A DNA stretch of 43,080 nt from contig JAJZLT010000042.1 of assembly GCA_021803245.1 (NCBI GenBank), positions 1-43,080 of the forward strand, in the 5' to 3' direction. Made by a program: the position numbers and the translations under genes. This DNA comes from Candidatus Micrarchaeota archaeon. GTDB taxonomy: Archaea > Micrarchaeota > Micrarchaeia > Micrarchaeales > CABMGC01. Position 1 is the first letter of the stretch. Each line of letters starts with the position of its first letter. Shown here piece by piece: positions 37,297 to 43,080 of this stretch. Under the pieces are notes generated by a model. It did not search any database and was not told the DNA's origin. It saw only the letters and a program-made list of their open reading frames with translations.

Positions 37297-37627
37297 GTGA
37301 CACCCCCAACGACTAAAAGTCGTTGGCTTCCCCTGCATTTGCAGGGTATGTTCTCAGTTCCTCGAGAACCGCCTCACTTTGAGGTCTTACACTCTCTCCC
37401 TGAGCGCGACTTCCCCTCTGTCCGAGGGTAGCTCTGCCGAGTATGTTTATTGATGCGTTTATGTCCATCTGCATGCCGCATCTATTGCAGAGGCATATTC
37501 TTTCCGAGAGTGGCAACTCCTGAACGTTGCCACAATTACTGCATTCCCTCGCAAGAGAAATCTGCCTATTAGGTATTTCTTTCCGCTTTTTTGAAGGATA
37601 GACGCCATATTTATACGCAGTTTTCAT
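37297..37627 (-). mobile_element. Internally deleted tnpB remnant retaining the omega-RNA region and right end
   Basis: In-frame fusion of the TnpB N-terminus (AYKYGVYPS...NRQ) to the C-terminal Zn finger (CSNCG...CNRCG..DINASINI); right-end hairpin 37306-37326 followed by GTCAC. Confidence 0.85.
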
Positions 37628-37771
37628 ACGACCACTTTATTTGCACCTTTGATATTTATACGCCTTTTGTTGCATTTAACTTTCATCTCGCATCTGAATA
37701 ATAGAAGTTTCGGCTATGAATTTATAATTTTTATAGTTGCGAGAGGAATGGAAGCGGCCAATGCTATTTAT

Positions 37772-39108
37772 CAATCGTGGCGTAAAACCCACGCCCTTTA
37801 TGGGTGGGATATAAGCCACTGCAATGTATATAAGTCCTAATGGCGTAATAACTATGGTCATCTTGAAACAGGCATACAAATTCAGGGCATATCCTTCAAA
37901 GGAGCAAAAGGCTGTCCTTAATCGGCAGATGCTTCTCTGTAAAGAACTCTACAATAATCTCCTTGAAAAGGCAAAAGAGCATTTCAAGGATACTGGAAAG
38001 ACATTCACCAAATATGATATGATTAAATGGGTCACACGATTCAAGAAGGAACATCCAGAATACAATGAAGTCTATTCACAGGCCTTGCAGAACGTTCCTG
38101 ACAGGCTCTCAAAGGCATACAAAAACTTCTTCAGGAGGGCAAAGGAAAAACGTGGAGGAAAGAAAGTAAAAGTCGGATTCCCGCGTTTCAGGACTTTCGT
38201 ATCGTCATTGACATATCCTCAGTCAGGGTTCAAGATAGAAAAGAAGAGCATCATGCTATCAAAAGTAGGCAGGATAAACTTCGTGAACCACAGGGACATT
38301 GAAGGTTCTGTAAAGACATTTTCAGTAAAAAAGACAAAATCTGGAGAATGGTATGTCACAATTGCGGTTGAAAAAGATGAAGTGATTCCATTTACAAACG
38401 GGAAGGAAATAGCCGGAATAGACTTGGGAATCAAGAACTATGCAACTCTCTCAGACGGTTCTGTGTTTCAGAACAGAAATATATCAAAGGCAGAAAGCAA
38501 CAGGCTGAAACGATTGCAGAAAAGAATATCACGAAGAGAAAAAGGTTCATCGAAAAGAAAGAAGGCAATAAGGAGATTTTCAAAATACTCGGAACACATA
38601 TCACGAATCAGGGAAGACTATCTGCATAAACTTTCATACAGCCTTGTCCATTCATACTCATTCATTGCATACGAGGAACTCAAAATCGCAAACATGGTGA
38701 GGAATCATCATCTTGCAAAGTCCATTAGTGAATCCTCATGGAGAAACTTCATCCATATGCTGCAATACAAGGCTGAAAGTGCTGGTTGCGTGGCAGTTGG
38801 AGTGAACCCTCAGAATACGTCAAAGATGTGCAGTGGATGTGGAAACATTCAGGAAATGCCTTTGTCAGAAAGGACATTCAACTGTGGGAAATGCGGATTG
38901 AATATTGACAGGGATTTGAATGCAAGCATAAACATACTCAAAAGAGCTACCTCTGGACAAGGGGAAAGTCACGCCTCTGGAGATATCGTAAGACCTTCAG
39001 CAATGAAGGCAGATGTCGCTGAACGAGGAACTATACTTGGTGCTTCAAGATGACCAATCAAAGAACACCATTGGAAGCCCACGCCGTTCACGGGTGGGAG
39101 GATGTCAC
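37772..39108 (+). mobile_element. IS200/IS605-family element, TnpB only (IS1341-like)
   Basis: Left hairpin cccacgccctttatgggtggg (37788-37808) and right hairpin cccacgccgttcacgggtggg (39078-39098) are 18/21 identical; TCAC right end at 39105-39108; TTTAT 5' of the left end; no tnpA. Confidence 0.85.
37854..39053 (+). CDS. tnpB: RNA-guided endonuclease TnpB with intact RuvC triad
   Basis: AYKFRAYP, GFPRF, GIDLG (D), AYEEL (E), TSKMCSGCG..CGKCG Zn finger, DRDLNAS (D). Confidence 0.95.
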   Translation: MVILKQAYKFRAYPSKEQKAVLNRQMLLCKELYNNLLEKAKEHFKDTGKTFTKYDMIKWVTRFKKEHPEYNEVYSQALQNVPDRLSKAYKNFFRRAKEKRGGKKVKVGFPRFRTFVSSLTYPQSGFKIEKKSIMLSKVGRINFVNHRDIEGSVKTFSVKKTKSGEWYVTIAVEKDEVIPFTNGKEIAGIDLGIKNYATLSDGSVFQNRNISKAESNRLKRLQKRISRREKGSSKRKKAIRRFSKYSEHISRIREDYLHKLSYSLVHSYSFIAYEELKIANMVRNHHLAKSISESSWRNFIHMLQYKAESAGCVAVGVNPQNTSKMCSGCGNIQEMPLSERTFNCGKCGLNIDRDLNASINILKRATSGQGESHASGDIVRPSAMKADVAERGTILGASR

Positions 39109-39128
39109 ATATTTACAGCTATCACGAA
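38940..39128 (+). ncRNA. Predicted TnpB omega/reRNA (scaffold to 39108, guide from 39109; 5' boundary approximate)
   Basis: Overlaps the 3' end of tnpB as is typical; hairpins ccttca-gcaa-tgaagg and tggtg...cacca, plus the right-end stem. Confidence 0.65.
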
Positions 39129-39145
39129 TTAATCTGAATGGTTGA

Positions 39146-39520
39146 ATGGCAGCATATAAGCCCGGAGCATGCAACATAGGCAAGAATGAGATAATAAAAC
39201 GGTATGCGTTAGGCGCCGTAGGCATTGTAGCCGCTATGGCAATAATATCGTTGTATGTGGCATTCTCTCTTCCTAGATTGGTACTGCTGGTTTGCTTTAT
39301 ACCCCTCTTTCTGGGATTTGAGGGGATATATCAGGGCTATTTCAAATTCTGTGCAGGTTTTGCAGCGAGAGGGATATACGATTTAACAGGCTCGGGAGGC
39401 AAAAGAGGCGCAGTAAGGAACAGCAATGCCCACAGAGAAGACATGAGAAAAGCCATGAGCATAAATTTTTATTCTTTGATTACTGCAGTATTATTAACAT
39501 TCCTGATTTACCTTTTATAG
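39146..39520 (+). CDS. Small membrane protein with YxPGxCNIG motif
   Basis: YKPGACNIGKNEI..R, three TM helices, Q...KFCAGF. Confidence 0.75.
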   Translation: MAAYKPGACNIGKNEIIKRYALGAVGIVAAMAIISLYVAFSLPRLVLLVCFIPLFLGFEGIYQGYFKFCAGFAARGIYDLTGSGGKRGAVRNSNAHREDMRKAMSINFYSLITAVLLTFLIYLL

Positions 39521-39610
39521 GATAGAAGTATACCATGCGGTATTCTTCATCTTAATAGAATTGAAATAGTCAATGAATTTTAATGTATCATGAATTAGAA
39601 CTGTGATGAA

Positions 39611-40420
39611 ATGCAGATTAAAAGTAAGAGCATAAAATATGACACCAATGGTAACTCGATCTCAGCGTATCTTGCGCAGCCTGACGATTCCGAAAAACAT
39701 GGAGGTATAATCTTAATACATGCAATTTTTGGACTTGATGATCACATAAAAGATGTTGCGAATAGGCTTGCCTCAGAAGGTTATATTGTACTTGCTCCGG
39801 ACCTCTTCTCAAGTAAAAAGCTCTCTCCTGTACTAACGAAAGAGAACATCCGCGAAGCCATGAAATTTATGATGTCTATACCTTCAGAGAAGCAGCGTGA
39901 TTCAGAATTTAGGGCGAAGGAATTGGAAAAATCGGGGGATAATTCAAGAAAAGCAGTAGTGGAGGTAAATGATGTCCTTTTCGCAAACAGGCCAATAGAC
40001 CTTTTTGTTCAGTATCTGTCTTCAGGAATAGATTATATTGCCTCTTTGAAGAATTTGAATGGAAAGGTAGGCAGCATGGGCTTCTGCTTTGGAGGCGGGC
40101 TTTCAATAAGCCTTGCTTGCAGAGGACGAACTGATGCAACAGTAATATTCTATGGCGAGAATCCGAAGCCTATAGAACAAATAAAGGGAGTGAAAGGGGC
40201 AGTGATGGGACTGTATGGGGGTGAAGACGTCAGGATAAATATTCACCTGCACGAGCTTGTCAAGGAGCTTGCAGAAAATAAGATACCGTTTACTGTGAAG
40301 ACTTATCCTGGAGCCAGGCACGCATTCTTTGACGATACAAGCGCACAGACATATAATAAAGATGCTGCGGAAGACTCATGGCAGATGGTGCGTGACTTTT
40401 TCAGGAAGCACATTAAATGA
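39611..40420 (+). CDS. Dienelactone hydrolase family (carboxymethylenebutenolidase-like)
   Basis: IFGL..HIKDVANRLA.EGY.VLAPDL, nucleophile motif GFCFGG, YPGARHAF. Confidence 0.92.
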   Translation: MQIKSKSIKYDTNGNSISAYLAQPDDSEKHGGIILIHAIFGLDDHIKDVANRLASEGYIVLAPDLFSSKKLSPVLTKENIREAMKFMMSIPSEKQRDSEFRAKELEKSGDNSRKAVVEVNDVLFANRPIDLFVQYLSSGIDYIASLKNLNGKVGSMGFCFGGGLSISLACRGRTDATVIFYGENPKPIEQIKGVKGAVMGLYGGEDVRINIHLHELVKELAENKIPFTVKTYPGARHAFFDDTSAQTYNKDAAEDSWQMVRDFFRKHIK

Positions 40421-40498
40421 CAATACAGTATCTCGGAATTTTTGTAGAGCAGGGCTCAGGGCTTATTTTCTCAGAGATGACACTGCAGAGAGAAAACC

Positions 40499-42022
40499 TC
40501 AGAAGTCGTTGAGCACAGCTTTCGGTACATTGTTTGTTATCTTCATTGCATTTGCTATCAGTGTGCCCGCCACTACTATGATTATGTTTATTGCAAGCGC
40601 AAGCATCCCTATGAATACAGGTCCGAATCCTGTCGCTATAAGCGTAGTAGACCACGTGGCGTAATTGTTGGCAGCCAGCATCATGTAGACACCGCTGATC
40701 ACTCCCGCAAGGAGTCCCAAGAACAATGCTCTCCTGTTGAGGTTCTTTGTTATCAGGCCAAACACAAAAGCAGGAAGTATTTGAAGTATCAGTATGCCGC
40801 CGAAAAGCTGCAGTTGTATGGCAAAGGTGGCAGGTATTATGAAGACAAAGCCAAGTGCGAGGAATTTGAACACAACAGCAAAGACCTGGGCCACTCTTGT
40901 CTCGCCCGAAGGAGTCATCTTCGGTTTTATTTCCTTTGCTATATTCCTAGTAAAGAGGTTGGCCGCAGCTATAGCCATGATCGCCGCAGGCACAAGGCCT
41001 CCGATAAATATGCCGAGGAGGGCGGCTCCGGCCAGCCACGATGGGAGCAGCGTGAGTATTAGGCCAGGAACTACTTGTGTTCCCTGAACAGATACAGGAA
41101 ATGACTTAACATAGCTCATTGCTGCAGGTACTCCGTATATCATGAATCCAAACATTGCCAGCAATCCAAGGCCTATGCTGTAGAGAGGAAGCAGCGAGGC
41201 TGTTCTTCTCACTGATTTAGGGTTCTTCTGAGCCAGCGAGCCATTTACTACATGCGGATAAAGATAGAGAGCAAGTGCGCTGAAGACGAAGAGGCTCCAA
41301 TAAGCATTGTATAAGCTTGACGGAAGCTGGAAGTAGTGTATGGATGATGCTGAAGCCTTTGCATATGCCGTCTGGAAACCGCCTATTGAAAGAACAGCCA
41401 CGACCACGGCCACCACGCTTACCAGTATGAGCGCATCCTTTAGGATCGCGCCCAGAGTTGCACCCCTGAGACCGCTGGTCCAGGTAAACGCTGCCAGTAT
41501 TATGAACGAAACTATAAGCGAGAGTTCGATTATGACTGCTGTAGCGCCTATTCCACTCAGCAGGGCTATTAATACTGCCTGCATGCCCACTATCTGCAGG
41601 GCGATGTATGGAAGCTCGGCTACTATGCCAACGAGTGCTACCGAGATTGCAAGCAGCCTGCTGTTGAATATCTCTTTAACGAAGTCAGCAACAGTTATGT
41701 ATCCGTGCTTGTTTGCTATTCTCCAAAACTTAGGCATCGCCCACATCGCGAACGCGTATGTTATTATAACGTATGGAGCTGCAAAAAAGTATATTGAGCC
41801 TTTTGCAAAGAGCGAGGATGGCACTGCTATAAAGGTATATGCCGTATAGATGTCTGCGCCGAGTAGGAACCAGCCTAGAGAAGTGCCGAGCCTGCTTCCG
41901 GCCAGCCCCCATTCTTTCAGCTTTCTCAAATCCCCTTTTCTCCATCTGCTTCCGTAAAATCCCAGTGCAACAAAGATTATGAATAAGAGTACGAAAACTA
42001 TCTGAGATATCAAGTTAATCAT
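40499..42022 (-). CDS. Sodium/proton:solute symporter (SSS, MctP-like)
   Basis: EWGLAG, WFLLGADIYTAYTFIAVP, PYIALQ, SGLRG, AANLFTRNI; about 13 TM helices. Confidence 0.92.
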   Translation of the reverse strand: MINLISQIVFVLLFIIFVALGFYGSRWRKGDLRKLKEWGLAGSRLGTSLGWFLLGADIYTAYTFIAVPSSLFAKGSIYFFAAPYVIITYAFAMWAMPKFWRIANKHGYITVADFVKEIFNSRLLAISVALVGIVAELPYIALQIVGMQAVLIALLSGIGATAVIIELSLIVSFIILAAFTWTSGLRGATLGAILKDALILVSVVAVVVAVLSIGGFQTAYAKASASSIHYFQLPSSLYNAYWSLFVFSALALYLYPHVVNGSLAQKNPKSVRRTASLLPLYSIGLGLLAMFGFMIYGVPAAMSYVKSFPVSVQGTQVVPGLILTLLPSWLAGAALLGIFIGGLVPAAIMAIAAANLFTRNIAKEIKPKMTPSGETRVAQVFAVVFKFLALGFVFIIPATFAIQLQLFGGILILQILPAFVFGLITKNLNRRALFLGLLAGVISGVYMMLAANNYATWSTTLIATGFGPVFIGMLALAINIIIVVAGTLIANAMKITNNVPKAVLNDF

Positions 42023-42023
42023 A

Positions 42024-42275
42024 TTATTTCCTCTTCACGCGGCTGCGCCTTTGCTTCGCATTTGCCACAGGTTCATCTTTTTCAAGATTGTTCCATAGGA
42101 CAGATGCGATGTAATACAAAATTGCCGCTATCGGCATCCAGAGCAACTGATACCAGTAAAAGAACGAAATGCCTCCGAGCGAGGGTTTAACGCTGTTGTA
42201 TGAGGGTATGTCAAGCAGTGCTATCAGGGGTATCAGAAGAAGTATCGCTATTACTATATGAACAGGTTTTACCAT
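42024..42275 (-). CDS. DUF3311-type small membrane partner of the SSS transporter
   Basis: P.YN...P.LGGISFFYWYQLLW; immediately upstream of the SSS gene; start moved to ATG 42275. Confidence 0.85.
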   Translation of the reverse strand: MVKPVHIVIAILLLIPLIALLDIPSYNSVKPSLGGISFFYWYQLLWMPIAAILYYIASVLWNNLEKDEPVANAKQRRSRVKRK

Positions 42276-42380
42276 AATACCAGAAATCCCAAAAGTATAA
42301 AAATAATAAAGAATATAAACTTTTCGCTTGCGGTGAACAGAACTTGTTGCCGCAACGCATATCCTGATTGCAAAGAAATT

Positions 42381-42453
42381 TAGTCCCACCCAGATTCGAA
42401 CTGGGGTTTCCAGGTTCAGAGCCTGGCGTGCTTGACCACTACACTATGGGACT
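42381..42453 (-). tRNA. tRNA-Gln (anticodon CUG), intronless, CCA not encoded
   Basis: AGUCCCA-UA-GUGUAGUGGUCAAGCAC-G-CCAGG-CUCUGAA-CCUGG-AAAC-CCCAG-UUCGAAU-CUGGG-UGGGACU-A; A1-U72 pair as in archaeal tRNA-Gln. Confidence 0.96.
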
Positions 42454-42576
42454 TTGGATATTGTGACTGCTGGAGAGGTAGGCTTTTAGCTGCTTCGTAA
42501 ACTATACATTAGATATAATTAAATCTTTTTGCAAACGAGATATTTATATTAGAAAGCTAAAAATAACACTGGTAGT

Positions 42577-43080
42577 ATGGCTTTTTACAGGAAGAATATC
42601 AACCTCACTGGAGAAATCGAGGATCTGCTTATCGCTGATGCGGCCCTTACAATAGCCTTCGCAGTGCTGCTCAGCGGCGCGTTGAGAGGCAATGGTCCGG
42701 GAGGCTTCCTTTATTACCTGCCAATAGCCTTTATTGCTGCTTCCCTGTCGTTCATACTCCATGAATACATGCACAAGATTGTAGCACAGCGGTTCGGTGC
42801 AATAGCCGGCTTCAGGCGCTCTGATCTGGGAATAATAATAACACTCTTCTCAAGCCTTGTAGGCTTCCTAATAGGCCTGCCAGGCGCAACGATGATATAT
42901 ACGAACTCATTCACAAAGAAAGAGAATGGCTACGTCTCGCTTGCAGGGCCTCTCACGAATCTCGCCATATTCGCAGTCTTCTTCATCGTAGGATCCTTAC
43001 TTCCGATAGGCGCAAATCGTTACGCAGGCGCGGCAATCTCGGTCACTTTATTTATAAGCCTCTGGCTTGCTTTCTTCAAC
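42577..43080 (+). CDS. Site-2 protease (M50) family membrane metalloprotease, partial (runs off the window; not in the ORF track)
   Basis: Open frame from ATG 42577: MAFYRKNINLTGEIEDLL...FILHEYMHKIVAQRFG...PGA...VSLAGPLTNL. Confidence 0.9.
   Translation, partial: MAFYRKNINLTGEIEDLLIADAALTIAFAVLLSGALRGNGPGGFLYYLPIAFIAASLSFILHEYMHKIVAQRFGAIAGFRRSDLGIIITLFSSLVGFLIGLPGATMIYTNSFTKKENGYVSLAGPLTNLAIFAVFFIVGSLLPIGANRYAGAAISVTLFISLWLAFFN

Noticed and set aside
37854-39053. TnpB as Cas12f or a nuclease-dead TldR
   Set aside because: No CRISPR array or cas genes nearby; IS-type end hairpins are present and all three RuvC acidic residues are intact
42508-42535. dif-like site (ATTAGATATAA left arm)
   Set aside because: No matching inverted right arm; better explained as the AT-rich promoter region between the tRNA and the M50 gene
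42544-42914. Two short minus-strand ORFs
   Set aside because: Antisense to the M50 protease frame that carries HEYMH and AGP.TN

Overview
Gene-dense archaeal chromosomal window. The archaeal L30e/S28e/L24e/L7Ae, Alba, LonB, Top6A and RFC genes, the TATA-type promoters and the Q-x-A-x-E-Y-L-x-T-Y-G prepilin family suggest a DPANN archaeon, probably Micrarchaeota (inference). It holds a ribosomal/EF-2 cluster, tRNA-modification and DNA repair/replication genes, three class III signal-peptide surface proteins, transporters, several orphan ORFs, tRNA-Gln(CUG), and a complete TnpB-only IS200/IS605 element plus a divergent, internally deleted tnpB remnant. Most notable: (1) an unannotated ~330-nt structured RNA at 16640-16968 with RNase P RNA-like topology but apparently no P3 and no bulged U in P4, directly behind an orphan ORF; (2) a mini-tnpB whose omega-RNA scaffold looks intact and whose guide position is the start of rfcS; (3) a TnpB element whose reconstructed empty site is a TATA box; (4) non-canonical substitutions in conserved motifs of uS12 and EF-2. 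All calls come from reading motifs by eye. No database searches or folding programs were run.
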